Assembly (NCBI GenBank): GCA_038251725.1
Contig: JBBSBA010000006.1
Location: 4,308 to 68,307 of the forward strand
Reading direction: 5' to 3'
Length of the DNA: 64,000 bases
DNA from: Actinomycetales bacterium
Lineage (GTDB): Bacteria; Actinomycetota; Actinomycetes; Actinomycetales; Microbacteriaceae
Below the pieces are notes generated by a model that was not told the DNA's origin, did not search any database, and saw only the letters and a list, made by a program, of their open reading frames with translations. Shown here piece after piece: positions 34,122-45,434 of the stretch (within the stretch, counting starts at the first letter, position 1; each line of letters starts with the position of its first letter). The translations under genes and the position numbers were made by a program.

Positions 34122-35851
34122 GCCACTTCCTCCGCCCGCAGCTGGCTTCCGACGATTTCTGCGTAGGTCGGGCTCGATGCGAGGAGCTCGTCGTGTGTTC
34201 CCCTCCCGACGATTTCGCCGTGTTCGAGCACTAGGATCTCATCGGCGCCGATGATGGTCGACACCCGTTGCGCGACGACGATCACCGTCGCACCGGCGAC
34301 CCGTTGCCCGAGCGCGCGGCGAAGCCGGGCATCCGTCGCCGTGTCGAGGGCGGAGAAGGAGTCATCGAAGAGGTAGATCTCCGGGGTCTTCACGAGGGCA
34401 CGGGCAATGGCCAGACGCTGGCGCTGCCCGCCTGAGACGTTGGTGCCGCCCTGGGCGATCCGGCCGTCGAGCATGTCGGGCATCGCGGTCACGAAGTCTC
34501 TCGCCTGGGCGATGTCGAGCGCCTCCCAGAGTTCGTCGTCGCTCGCGTCGGGATTGCCGTAGCGCAGATTGGATGCGACGGTGCCGGAGAACAGGTACGG
34601 CTTCTGCGGGATGAGGCCGATGCGGCTCCAGAGCAGGTCGGGTTCGAGTTCACGAACGTCGACGCCGTCGACGAGAACCGAACCTCCCGTCGTGTCGAAG
34701 AGCCGCGGGATGAGGCTCACGAGCGTGGTCTTGCCGGAACCGGTGCTGCCGATGATCGCGGTCGTCCGCCCGGGCACGGCGTCGAAGTCGAGATGGTGAA
34801 GCACGGGGGATTCCGCCCCCGGATAGGAGAAGCTCACGTCGCGGAATTGCACGGTACCGGTCGCTCGCAGCGAGGTGACGGGGGCATGGTGCGGGAGCAC
34901 GCTGGATTCGGTGTCGAGCACCTCGGAGATTCGGTCGGCCGACACCGCGGCCCGCGGGATCATGATCGACATGAACGTGGCCATCATCACCGCCATGAGA
35001 ATCTGGATGAGGTAGCTCAGAAACGCGATGAGGGAGCCGATCTGCATCGATCCGCTGTCGATGCGGAACGAGCCGAACCACAGAACGGCGACGCTCGTGA
35101 CGTTGACCACGAGCATCACCACGGGGAAGACCAGCGCGAAGAGGCGACCGGCGCGAAGTCCGGTGAGGGTGACGCCGAGGTTCGCCTGTTCGAACCGTTC
35201 GGTCTCGACGGCCTCTCGAACGAAGGCGCGCACGACGCGGATGCCGGTGAGCTGCTCCCGGAGCACCCGGTTGACCGCGTCGATCTTCACCTGCATGAGG
35301 CGGAACTGTGGCACCATCCGGACGACGATGAGGGAGATCGACAGCAGGAGCACGGGAACGGCGACGACCAGCAGCCAGGACAGCCCGACGTCCTGCTGCA
35401 GGGCGGCGATGACGCCCCCGATCGCGAGGATCGGGGCGGAGACGAGGAGGGTGCAGGTCATGAGCACGAGCATCTGCACCTGCTGCACGTCATTCGTGGT
35501 TCGGGTGATGAGCGAGGGAGCGCCGAACCTCGACACCTCGCGTTCGGAGAATGACCCCACCTGGTGGAACACCGCACCACGCAGGTCACGGCCGAGGGCC
35601 ATGGCGGCCTTCGCCCCGAAGTAGACGGCGATGATCGCGCACGCGACCTGGCCGAGCGTGATCAGGAGCATGATCAGGCCGAGGCGGATGATGTAGCCGG
35701 TGTCGCCCTTTGCGACCCCGTTGTCGATGATGTCGGCGTTGAGCCCCGGCAGGTAGAGCGAGGCGATCGACTGGCCGAACTGGAACACCACCACGCCGAT
35801 GAGCAGCCGGGTGTGCGGCCGCAGGTAGCGCAACAGGAGACGAAGGAGCAT
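34118..35851 (-). CDS. ABC exporter TMD-NBD subunit (degenerate-site partner)
   Basis: GSTGSGKT, VSGGQRQ, degenerate Walker B YLFDDSFS, switch VAQR. Confidence 0.93.
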   Translation of the reverse strand: MLLRLLLRYLRPHTRLLIGVVVFQFGQSIASLYLPGLNADIIDNGVAKGDTGYIIRLGLIMLLITLGQVACAIIAVYFGAKAAMALGRDLRGAVFHQVGSFSEREVSRFGAPSLITRTTNDVQQVQMLVLMTCTLLVSAPILAIGGVIAALQQDVGLSWLLVVAVPVLLLSISLIVVRMVPQFRLMQVKIDAVNRVLREQLTGIRVVRAFVREAVETERFEQANLGVTLTGLRAGRLFALVFPVVMLVVNVTSVAVLWFGSFRIDSGSMQIGSLIAFLSYLIQILMAVMMATFMSIMIPRAAVSADRISEVLDTESSVLPHHAPVTSLRATGTVQFRDVSFSYPGAESPVLHHLDFDAVPGRTTAIIGSTGSGKTTLVSLIPRLFDTTGGSVLVDGVDVRELEPDLLWSRIGLIPQKPYLFSGTVASNLRYGNPDASDDELWEALDIAQARDFVTAMPDMLDGRIAQGGTNVSGGQRQRLAIARALVKTPEIYLFDDSFSALDTATDARLRRALGQRVAGATVIVVAQRVSTIIGADEILVLEHGEIVGRGTHDELLASSPTYAEIVGSQLRAEEVA

Positions 35852-35853
35852 GA

Positions 35854-36438
35854 TCAGCGGTCCTTTTCGATGCAGGGTCGACTGATGCCGTTGAGGATCA
35901 GGTCGGTGAGTTCGTCCACCGTGAATGGATGCGGCTCGTTAAACGGCGCAATGGACGATGCGAAGGCGATCAGGCGAAGGAAGTAGGCGATCGTCACCGA
36001 GTCGACGCGCAGCCGCTCCCCCTCGCTCTCGAGCACTCCGGCGATCAGCTCCGCGAACTGGCTGCCGTGTGCGCTGACCGGCGGTCGCCCTCCCCCGACG
36101 GCGGACATCATCTGGACGATTCCGCTGGTGCGGGCCTGGAGGTGGAAGAGGATCTCGTGCACCCGGTCGCGAAGCGGCAGCTGCGGGTCGATCGACTCGA
36201 GCATGAGGCGCAGCGGTTCCGGATCGAGAAACCGGTCGACCGCGGCCTGGATGATGGACTCCTTGTCACCGAAGGCGCGGAACAGGGTGCCCTCGGCGAT
36301 GCCCGCGCTCTCGGCGATCTGCCGGGTCGTCACGTCGCCCCCGAACTCGAGAAGCAACGGGATCACCGCGTCGACGATCATTGACCGGCGATCGTCCCCG
36401 GAGAGCGGGCGCGCCCTCGCGGGCCTGAGCAGAGTCAC
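35854..36438 (-). CDS. TetR/AcrR family regulator
   Basis: HTH VTTRQIAESAGIAEGTLFRAFGDKE; start re-picked at GTG 36438. Confidence 0.92.
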   Translation of the reverse strand: MTLLRPARARPLSGDDRRSMIVDAVIPLLLEFGGDVTTRQIAESAGIAEGTLFRAFGDKESIIQAAVDRFLDPEPLRLMLESIDPQLPLRDRVHEILFHLQARTSGIVQMMSAVGGGRPPVSAHGSQFAELIAGVLESEGERLRVDSVTIAYFLRLIAFASSIAPFNEPHPFTVDELTDLILNGISRPCIEKDR

Positions 36439-36452
36439 GCACACACCCTAAC

Positions 36453-36470
36453 TGAGTGAGCACTCACTCA
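36453..36470. promoter_or_regulatory. Palindromic candidate TetR operator TGAGTGAG-CA-CTCACTCA
   Basis: Perfect 8-bp arms in the 59-bp gap between divergent tetR and oxidoreductase; flanked by -10 boxes TAGGGT (-, 36445-36450) and TACACT (+, 36486-36491). Confidence 0.75.
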
Positions 36471-36497
36471 CAAGAGGTCCGGCCGTACACTTGTGCC

Positions 36498-37412
36498 ATG
36501 TCTCGACAGGTGCAATACAGCCGCCACGGCGGACCGGGAGTGCTCGAACTCGTCGAGGTGGACGAGCCGCACGCCGGCGACGGGCAGGTGCGAGTGGCGG
36601 TGCGTGCCGCCGGCCTCAACGCCTTCGACTTCAAGGCGCGACAGAACCCCGCGATGCTGCCGAATCGCCCGCTTCCGCGGGGACAGGGCAGCGAGTTCGC
36701 CGGAGTCGTCGACGAGATCGGCGCGGGAGTCACCGAGGTCGCGGTCGGCGACGAGGTGCTCGGCTGGACGAGTTTCGCCGCGCAGGCCGACTTGGTGACG
36801 GTGCCGGCAGCGCAGGTCGCGCCGAAACCCGCCGGCCTCGACTGGGCGACGGCCGGCGGCATCGGCCTCGTCGGCAACACCGCGCGCCGGTCGACGGATG
36901 CGGTGGCCCCGCGACCGGGCGAGACCGTGCTGGTGAGCGCCGCGGCCGGCGGTGTGGGCCTGCTCGCCGCCCAGTTCGCCGTCGCCGACGGAGCGAGGGT
37001 GATCGGAACCGCGAGCGAGCAGAACCATGAGTTTCTGCGCGAACTCGGCGTGATCCCGGTGGCCTACGGTCCAGGACTGGTCGACCGCCTGCGCGCCGCC
37101 GCCCCCGACGGCATCGATGCCGTCATCGACAATTCGGGACAGGAGACGGTCGAGGCCGCGATCGAGCTCGGGGTCGATCCGAAGCGGATCAACACCATCG
37201 TCTATTTCGCCGGTGTCGAAAAATACGGCATCACGTCCGTCGGCGGCGGAGCCAAGACCGCCGACGACCTCGCGGCCCTCGCGCGACTCGTCGCGGACGG
37301 GGAGGTCGTCATGCCGATCGCCGCGACCTACCCGCTCGCCGAGGTTCGACGGGCCTACGAGAGGCTCGAATCCAGGCACGTTCGCGGCAAGATCGTGCTG
37401 ACACTCCCCTGA
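36498..37412 (+). CDS. NADP-dependent oxidoreductase (MDR / quinone reductase-like)
   Basis: AAGLNAFD, VLVSAAAGGVG, HVRGKIVL. Confidence 0.88.
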   Translation: MSRQVQYSRHGGPGVLELVEVDEPHAGDGQVRVAVRAAGLNAFDFKARQNPAMLPNRPLPRGQGSEFAGVVDEIGAGVTEVAVGDEVLGWTSFAAQADLVTVPAAQVAPKPAGLDWATAGGIGLVGNTARRSTDAVAPRPGETVLVSAAAGGVGLLAAQFAVADGARVIGTASEQNHEFLRELGVIPVAYGPGLVDRLRAAAPDGIDAVIDNSGQETVEAAIELGVDPKRINTIVYFAGVEKYGITSVGGGAKTADDLAALARLVADGEVVMPIAATYPLAEVRRAYERLESRHVRGKIVLTLP

Positions 37413-37430
37413 ATCGGCCCGGCCGGGAGC

Positions 37431-38402
37431 CTACTTCGGGTCGGTGAACAGCGCGGAGATCTCGGCGAGGTCGGCCTCGGTCGGCGTCCACTCGGTGGAG
37501 GATGCCACGTTCTGGATGATCTGCTCCGGCTTGGTCGCGCCGGCGATCACGCTCGTGAGCCCCGGCTGAGCCAGCAGCCATGCCAGCGTCGCGGCGAGCA
37601 TCGTGATCCCGCGCTCCGCGCAGAATGCCTCGTACTGCCCCATGGTTTCCCACGGCGCGGTCTCGAGCAGGTGTGGCCGGATCTTCACGATGCGGCTGTC
37701 GGCTGGCCCACCCGACCGGCTGAATTTTCCGGTGAACAGGCCGTTGTAGAGGGGGAAGAATGGCAGGAAGCCGAGGCCATAGTGGTTCACCGCGGGCAGA
37801 ACTTCCTTCTCGACGCCGCGCTCCAGGAGCGAGTATTCGTTCTGGGCGGAGATGAAACGGGGGTGACCGCCGAGGACGGCGCGGTATTCGGCATCCGCCA
37901 CCTGCCAGCCGGTGAGGTTGGAGTGGCCGATGTAGCGCACCTTGCCCTCGGTGATGAGGTCGTCGAGCGCCGCGAGGGTCTCCTCGATCGGGGTGTTCGG
38001 GTCGGGCGTGTGCAGCTGGTACAGGTCGATCCAGTCGGTCTGGAGGCGGCGAAGGGATGCCTCCACCGCGAGTCGCACGTAGCGCCGCGAACCGCGGGCT
38101 CCCCAGTCGGGGCCGTTCGCGCCCGCCATGTCCATGCCGAATTTGGTCGCGAGCACGATCTCGTTGCGGCGGCCCACGAGCGAATTGCCCAGCAGCAGCT
38201 CGCTCAGGCCCCGTTCCGAACCGTAGATGTCGGCGGTGTCGAACAGGGTGACTCCCGCGTCGATGGCGGCGTGGACGACGGCATCCGTACCCGCCTGCGT
38301 CTGGCTCGCCGTGTTCACCCGGCCGAAGTTGTTGCAGCCGAGGCCGATGTTGGAAACGATGAGCCCGGAGTTGCCGAGTGCGCGGTAGTCGATGTCAGCC
38401 AT
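37431..38402 (-). CDS. Aldo/keto reductase
   Basis: GLGCNNFG, FDTADIYG, LATKFG, IDLYQLH, QNEYSLL. Confidence 0.93.
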   Translation of the reverse strand: MADIDYRALGNSGLIVSNIGLGCNNFGRVNTASQTQAGTDAVVHAAIDAGVTLFDTADIYGSERGLSELLLGNSLVGRRNEIVLATKFGMDMAGANGPDWGARGSRRYVRLAVEASLRRLQTDWIDLYQLHTPDPNTPIEETLAALDDLITEGKVRYIGHSNLTGWQVADAEYRAVLGGHPRFISAQNEYSLLERGVEKEVLPAVNHYGLGFLPFFPLYNGLFTGKFSRSGGPADSRIVKIRPHLLETAPWETMGQYEAFCAERGITMLAATLAWLLAQPGLTSVIAGATKPEQIIQNVASSTEWTPTEADLAEISALFTDPK

Positions 38403-38525
38403 GATTCCAGCCTAAGCGGACGCACGACCCGCTCCTCTCCTCCACCGCATGGGCCCGCACCGAGACCCCCTCCGATGTCCGAAAAGTGCCAGATCGTGGT
38501 GGCCAGTCGCGGCTACAGTCGAAGC

Positions 38526-39038
38526 ATGACCACCAGCTCACCCAGCACAACCGCCCCGCGCTCACTGCGCAGGGTCGAGAGTCCGATCGGGCGCATCGAA
38601 CTCCTCGGCGACGGGTCGGCCGTCACGTCCCTCGCCATCGAGCGCGCTGGCCGACTCCCGCACGACGACAGCGCTGAGCACAGCGACGCCGTGCTCGACC
38701 GCGCCGCCGGCCAGCTCGGCGAATACTTCTCCGGCACCCGCACCACCTTCGACATCCCGCTCAGCCTCGGGGGAACAGAGTTCCAGAAGGCCGTCTGGGC
38801 GCGGCTCGCCGAGTTGCGATTCGGGGAGGTCGTCTCCTATGGGGAGCTCGGGCTCTCCACCGGGCGCGCGACCGCCGGCCGGGCGGTCGGCGGTGCCGTC
38901 GGGGCCAACCCGGTGCCGATCCTCGTTCCCTGCCATCGCGTGCTCGCCGCCAACAGCCGCATCACCGGCTACAGCGGCGGCGACGGAATCCCCACCAAGG
39001 TGTGGCTGCTCGAGCACGAGGGCATCGGGCACAGGTGA
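38526..39038 (+). CDS. ogt: Methylated-DNA--protein-cysteine methyltransferase
   Basis: Active site VPCHRV, GTEFQKAVW, GEVVSYGEL; start ATG 38526. Confidence 0.94.
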   Translation: MTTSSPSTTAPRSLRRVESPIGRIELLGDGSAVTSLAIERAGRLPHDDSAEHSDAVLDRAAGQLGEYFSGTRTTFDIPLSLGGTEFQKAVWARLAELRFGEVVSYGELGLSTGRATAGRAVGGAVGANPVPILVPCHRVLAANSRITGYSGGDGIPTKVWLLEHEGIGHR

Positions 39039-39634
39039 TGACCGAGGATCGTCCGGTGGTCGTGCTCGGCGACGACGGGCTCCCCCGCTGCGCCTGGAGC
39101 GCCGCAGACGAGACGTACCGCCGATATCACGACGAGGAGTGGGGCTTCGAATTACACGGCGACCGGCCGCTGTTCGAAAAGCTGGCCCTCGAGGGCTTCC
39201 AGGCCGGTCTGTCGTGGATCACCATCCTGCGTCGGCGACCGACGTTCCGGGCGGCGTTCGCCGACTTCGACATCGAGGCGGTCGCCGACTTCACGCCGCA
39301 GCGGGTGGAGCAGCTCATGCTCGACGCTGGCATCATCCGCAATCGGGCGAAGATCGAGGCGACCATCTCGAACGCCGCGATCGTGCGGGACCTCGTGCGC
39401 GACGATCCCGGCGCGCTCGACCGGCTGATGTGGGGCTTCGCGCCCGAGCGCGGCTCTCGACGTCGCCCGGTCGGCTTCGGCGACGTTCCGGCGGTGACGA
39501 CGGAGTCGACGGCGCTCAGCGCACGCTTGCGAACGCTCGGCTTCCGTTTCGTGGGGCCGACCACTCTCTACGCGCTCATGCAGTCCTCCGGCATGGTCGA
39601 TGACCACTTCGCCGGATGCTGGCGGGCGGCCTGA
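39038..39634 (+). CDS. tag: DNA-3-methyladenine glycosylase I
   Basis: YHDEEWG, EGFQAGLSWITIL, IIRNRAKI, FVGPTT, DDHFAGC; TGATG overlap with ogt. Confidence 0.94.
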   Translation: MTEDRPVVVLGDDGLPRCAWSAADETYRRYHDEEWGFELHGDRPLFEKLALEGFQAGLSWITILRRRPTFRAAFADFDIEAVADFTPQRVEQLMLDAGIIRNRAKIEATISNAAIVRDLVRDDPGALDRLMWGFAPERGSRRRPVGFGDVPAVTTESTALSARLRTLGFRFVGPTTLYALMQSSGMVDDHFAGCWRAA

Positions 39635-39702
39635 GCGCAGCCTTCCACCGGGTCGGCGGCGGTCAGGCCGTCGGGGTCGGAGTCGCGCGAACCGCGAACG
39701 GC

Positions 39703-40449
39703 TCAGACCGTCAACACGAGCTCACCCGGGGCGCCGTGCTCCAGCCGCAGCCCGGCACCGGGCGCCCACGCAAGCAGGGAATCGACGCCCTGGTGGTCGA
39801 CGCCGGCCTCGGCCAACGAGCGAACGAACCCGCCCTTTCCCTTCTTGTTGAAGTGGTTGAGGGCGCGCCTGTGACCGTCCGGTCCCTCGGACTCAAGGCG
39901 AAGGAAGAACGACTGGTCGCTGCTCGGGGCCGGTCCGAGTTCGACATAGGCCTCCGAGCGGAGGTCGAGGATCAGGCCGTCCACGTCCGAGAGCACCACC
40001 GAATTACGCTCGCGCCACACCTTCTTGAGTGACTGCCCGGGCAGCCGCGAGTCGTGGGACAGCCGGTAGGCGGGTATCGGGTCGCCCGCCCCGATCAGGC
40101 CGAACAGCGCCGAGTGGATCATCACGTGCGCCCGCAGGAAGTCCCGGGCGGCGCAATCGAGCGTGGCGGCCTCGAGGGCGTCGTAGAGCACTCCCGTGTA
40201 CCGCTCGATGGCCGGGAGCGTTGGAGAGGTGCGCAGCTCACGATTGCGCAGCACTTCGAACTGCTGGCTCGGCCCGAGCCGCAGGGCCTCGGAGGCGGTG
40301 CGGAGGTTGCGCGAGAGCGTGCGCGTCGCCGCGAGCATCGAACGCCGCGGCGCGGTGAGTGCCGGATGGCTGAGCCGCGCCAGGTCGAGCGGCGCGTCGG
40401 GGTCTCCCCCGGTCCGCTTGGTCTCGGAGGGAGGAAGAAGAAGGAGCAC
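39703..40449 (-). CDS. yaaA: YaaA family (DUF328) peroxide-stress protein
   Basis: LLLPPSETK, AIERYTGVLY, SALFG, DLRS, NHFNK. Confidence 0.88.
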   Translation of the reverse strand: MLLLLPPSETKRTGGDPDAPLDLARLSHPALTAPRRSMLAATRTLSRNLRTASEALRLGPSQQFEVLRNRELRTSPTLPAIERYTGVLYDALEAATLDCAARDFLRAHVMIHSALFGLIGAGDPIPAYRLSHDSRLPGQSLKKVWRERNSVVLSDVDGLILDLRSEAYVELGPAPSSDQSFFLRLESEGPDGHRRALNHFNKKGKGGFVRSLAEAGVDHQGVDSLLAWAPGAGLRLEHGAPGELVLTV

Positions 40450-40970
40450 TAGCCGGTGACGAAGGCGAGCGCGGCATCCACGTTCTCGCCAAGCGGCTTC
40501 GTGGAATCGAGCGTGATGCGGGCGACCGCGGCGCTGGCACCCGCCCAGGGCGAATACTCGTCGAGGCTCTGCTCCACGGCGTGCCAGTTCGGTTCGTTCA
40601 CGTGCCTCAGCCGGCGCCTGCGGTTTTCGAGCCGCTCACGGTGCACTTCGATGTCCGAGCAGACCACCTCGATGAAGCGCAGCGACTCCCCCCGAGCGTG
40701 CGCGAGGGTGACCCACTGCTCGCGTGCGGGGTCCACGCCGTTCACGGCGTCCACGATCACGTCGTGGCCGGATTCGAGCACGAGCCCGGCCATCGTCTCC
40801 GCGACGAGGTAGGCGGCGAGCCCGGTTGGTTGGTCGCTTTCGATGCCCGCCTCGAGGATCGCGGACTCGATCGGATCAACGGAGACCACCGAGGCGCCGA
40901 GCCGAGCGCCGAGAATCTCGGCGATCGTGCTCTTGCCTGCACCCGGTAGACCCGCCATCGCGATCAGCAT
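40449..40970 (-). CDS. Small P-loop NTPase / kinase (AAA_33-like)
   Basis: N-terminal AGLPGAGKS, VIVDAVN, HRERLENR; start re-picked at ATG 40970. Confidence 0.8.
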   Translation of the reverse strand: MLIAMAGLPGAGKSTIAEILGARLGASVVSVDPIESAILEAGIESDQPTGLAAYLVAETMAGLVLESGHDVIVDAVNGVDPAREQWVTLAHARGESLRFIEVVCSDIEVHRERLENRRRRLRHVNEPNWHAVEQSLDEYSPWAGASAAVARITLDSTKPLGENVDAALAFVTG

Positions 40971-40980
40971 GAGAGCAGCG

Positions 40981-41250
40981 TCAGCCCTGCACGAGCTCGG
41001 CGTTACGCGCCACGATCGTGACCCTGTCGTGTTCGACGGAAAGGAATCCGTCCGCGGCGTTCGCCTTGACGGTGTCCGCGCCACCGGATGTGGTGATGCG
41101 CACCTCTCCGGCACTCAGGATCGCAAGCAACGGCTCGTGCCCGGGCAGGATGCCGATTTCACCCTCTGTGGTCTTTGCGACCACCATCGACGCCGTGCCG
41201 GTCCAGACCTCATGGTCGGCCGACACGACGCTCACCTCGAGCTCGGCCAT
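40981..41250 (-). CDS. atpC: ATP synthase F1 epsilon subunit (short form)
   Basis: GEIGILPGHEPLL, GFLSV; last atp gene. Confidence 0.95.
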   Translation of the reverse strand: MAELEVSVVSADHEVWTGTASMVVAKTTEGEIGILPGHEPLLAILSAGEVRITTSGGADTVKANAADGFLSVEHDRVTIVARNAELVQG

Positions 41251-41252
41251 CG

Positions 41253-42740
<1,488 letters not shown>

Positions 42741-42754
42741 CTACTTCTCAGCGC

Positions 42755-43654
42755 TTATTTCTTGACCGAGAGGGCGTCGGCGCCGCCGACGATCTCGGAA
42801 ATCTGCTGGGTGATCTCGGACTGCCGAGCGTTGTTCGACAGTCGGGTGAAGTTGGTGATGAGCTTGTCGGCATTGTCGCTCGCCGACTTCATCGCACGCT
42901 GACGGGCGGCGTGCTCGGATGCGGCGGACTGCAGCATGGCGTTGAAGATTCGGCTTTCGATGTAGACCGGGAGCAGTGCGTCGAGAACATCCCCAACCTC
43001 CGGCTCGAACTCGTACAGCGGAAGCACGTCATCGGCGGCGGGAGCGTCGACACCCTCCACGACCTCGAGCGGAAGCAGGCGCACAACCTCAGGCACCTGT
43101 GTCACCACGCTGACAAAGCGGTTGTAGACGATGTGGATCTCGTCGACCCCGCCCTCGCTCGCCGGCTTGATGAACTTCTCGACCAGGGTCTGACCGATCT
43201 TCTGCGCGGTCTCGAACTCCGGACGTTCGGTGTTTCCGGTCCAGATCTCCTCCGCCTCACGCTTGCGGAACGCGAAATACGCCGCGGCCTTCCGGCCGAC
43301 GAGGTAATAGACGACATCCTTGCCCTGCTCACGCAGGAGCGTGACGAGCTCGTTCGCCTCGCGCACGACGTTCGTGCTGAACGCGCCGGCGAGACCGCGG
43401 TCGGAGGTGAAGAGCACGACAGCGGCTCGCTCCACCTTCTGCGGCTCGGTCGTGAGGATGTGATCAACGTTCGAGAACGTGGCCACGGCCGACACGGCAC
43501 GCGTCACCGCACGCGAATACGGACCGGATGCCCTAACCCTCGCCTGCGCCTTCTGGATGCGCGACGCGGAGATCAGCTCCATGGCCCGAGTGATCTTCTT
43601 GGTCGTCTGGGCAGACTTGATCTTCTGCCGGTAGACCCGAAGTTGCGCTCCCAT
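42755..43654 (-). CDS. atpG: ATP synthase F1 gamma subunit
   Basis: [31 protein letters not shown]; start ATG 43654. Confidence 0.98.
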   Translation of the reverse strand: MGAQLRVYRQKIKSAQTTKKITRAMELISASRIQKAQARVRASGPYSRAVTRAVSAVATFSNVDHILTTEPQKVERAAVVLFTSDRGLAGAFSTNVVREANELVTLLREQGKDVVYYLVGRKAAAYFAFRKREAEEIWTGNTERPEFETAQKIGQTLVEKFIKPASEGGVDEIHIVYNRFVSVVTQVPEVVRLLPLEVVEGVDAPAADDVLPLYEFEPEVGDVLDALLPVYIESRIFNAMLQSAASEHAARQRAMKSASDNADKLITNFTRLSNNARQSEITQQISEIVGGADALSVKK

Positions 43655-43727
43655 GTCTGTACTTTCCTTTTGTTTGTGAAATCTGCTGGTCGGGTGGGCG
43701 CTCCGCGCCCTGCCAGTAACCGGTGAA

Positions 43728-45365
43728 CTAGCGCTTCTGTTTGACGATCTTCTCCTGAGCGATGTTCTGAGGCTCGATGGCCTCGAACACCTCGGTGCCC
43801 ACCGAGGCAAGCGGCTTGCCTTCGCCGGTCTGGAACTCGAGCTTGAACTGGTCGACGCCCTCATCGAGCGCCTTCACCGTGGCGTCATCCAGCACGTTCG
43901 TCGCCTTGAGCGTTGCGAGCACCTCGGTGTTGCGACCGAGGTAGTCCAGCAGTTCGCGTTCGAAGCGCAGCACGTCCTCGACGGCGACCTCATCGAGCTT
44001 GCCATTCGTTCCGGCCCAGATCGAGACGACCTGCTCCTCGACGGGGTAGGGCGAGTACTGCGGCTGCCGCAGCAGCTCGGTCAGGCGTGCGCCACGGGCG
44101 AGCTGGCGACGGCTGGTGGGGTCGAGGTCGGAGGCGAACATCGCGAAGGCCTCGAGCGAACGGTACTGGGCGAGCTCGAGCTTGAGCGTGCCGGAGACCT
44201 TCTTGATCGACTTGACCTGAGCGTCGCCGCCCACTCGGGATACCGAGATTCCCACGTCGACCGCGGGCCGCTGGTTCGCGTTGAACAGGTCGGACTGCAG
44301 GAAGATCTGGCCATCGGTGATCGAGATCACGTTGGTCGGGATGTACGCGGCGACGTCGTTCGCCTTGGTCTCGATGATCGGGAGTCCGGTCATCGACCCG
44401 GCACCGAGATCGTCGGACAGCTTGGCGCAACGCTCGAGCAGACGGGAGTGCAGGTAAAACACGTCACCCGGGTACGCCTCGCGCCCCGGGGGGCGACGCA
44501 GCAGCAGTGACACGGCACGGTAGGCCTCGGCCTGCTTGGACAGGTCGTCGAAGATGATGAGCACGTGCTTGCCGCCGTACATCCAGTGCTGGCCGATGGC
44601 CGAGCCGGTGTAGGGGGCGAGGTACTTGAAGCCGGCGGGGTCGGAGGCCGGGGAGGCGACGATGGTCGTGTACTCCATGGCTCCGGCGTCCTCGAGCGCG
44701 CCCTTCACCGCGGCGATGGTCGAGCCCTTCTGGCCGATGGCGACGTAGATGCAGCGAACCTGCTTCGTGGTGTCGCCGGACTCCCAGTTCGCCTTCTGGT
44801 TGATGACCGTGTCGATCGCGATCGCCGTCTTGCCGGTCTGGCGGTCACCGATGATGAGCTGGCGCTGGCCGCGGCCGATCGGGATCATGGCGTCGATGGC
44901 CTTGATTCCCGTCTGCATCGGCTCGTGCACGCTCTTGCGCTGCATCACGCCGGGCGCCTGCAGCTCGAGGGCGCGACGCCCCTCGCTCGCGATCTCGCCG
45001 AGGCCGTCGATCGGGGCGCCAAGCGGGTCGACGACGCGACCGAGGTAGGCATCACCGACCGGAACGGAGAGCACCTCGCCGGTGCGAGTGACCTCGAGGC
45101 CCTCGACGATTCCGGCGAACTCGCCGAGCACGATGACACCGATCTCGTTCTCGTCGAGGTTCTGGGCCAGGCCCAGGGTGCCATCGGCAAAACGGATGAG
45201 CTCGTTCGCCATCACGCCGGGGAGTCCCTGCACGTGGGCGATGCCATCGGCCGCGTCGATGACGTAGCCGACCTCGGTCGTCGAGGCGGATGCGGGGTTG
45301 TAGGACTTGACGAAGTCCTTGAGCGCATCGCGGATCTCGTCCGGGCTGATCGTTAGGTCTGCCAT
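43728..45365 (-). CDS. atpA: ATP synthase F1 alpha subunit
   Basis: [21 protein letters not shown]. Confidence 0.99.
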   Translation of the reverse strand: MADLTISPDEIRDALKDFVKSYNPASASTTEVGYVIDAADGIAHVQGLPGVMANELIRFADGTLGLAQNLDENEIGVIVLGEFAGIVEGLEVTRTGEVLSVPVGDAYLGRVVDPLGAPIDGLGEIASEGRRALELQAPGVMQRKSVHEPMQTGIKAIDAMIPIGRGQRQLIIGDRQTGKTAIAIDTVINQKANWESGDTTKQVRCIYVAIGQKGSTIAAVKGALEDAGAMEYTTIVASPASDPAGFKYLAPYTGSAIGQHWMYGGKHVLIIFDDLSKQAEAYRAVSLLLRRPPGREAYPGDVFYLHSRLLERCAKLSDDLGAGSMTGLPIIETKANDVAAYIPTNVISITDGQIFLQSDLFNANQRPAVDVGISVSRVGGDAQVKSIKKVSGTLKLELAQYRSLEAFAMFASDLDPTSRRQLARGARLTELLRQPQYSPYPVEEQVVSIWAGTNGKLDEVAVEDVLRFERELLDYLGRNTEVLATLKATNVLDDATVKALDEGVDQFKLEFQTGEGKPLASVGTEVFEAIEPQNIAQEKIVKQKR

Positions 45366-45434
45366 TCTCGTGTTTCCTTGTCTTCGCGGAACCGTGCGGC
45401 TCCGGGGGGTCTGCGTGGGTGGGCGACGACTCGC

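Noticed and set aside
37671-38525. Apparent 455-aa Ogt fusion
   Set aside because: The extension is antisense to the aldo/keto reductase; a -10 box supports ATG 38526.
43655-43727. Short hairpin between atpA and atpG
   Set aside because: 6-bp core stem; ordinary intra-operon spacer structure.
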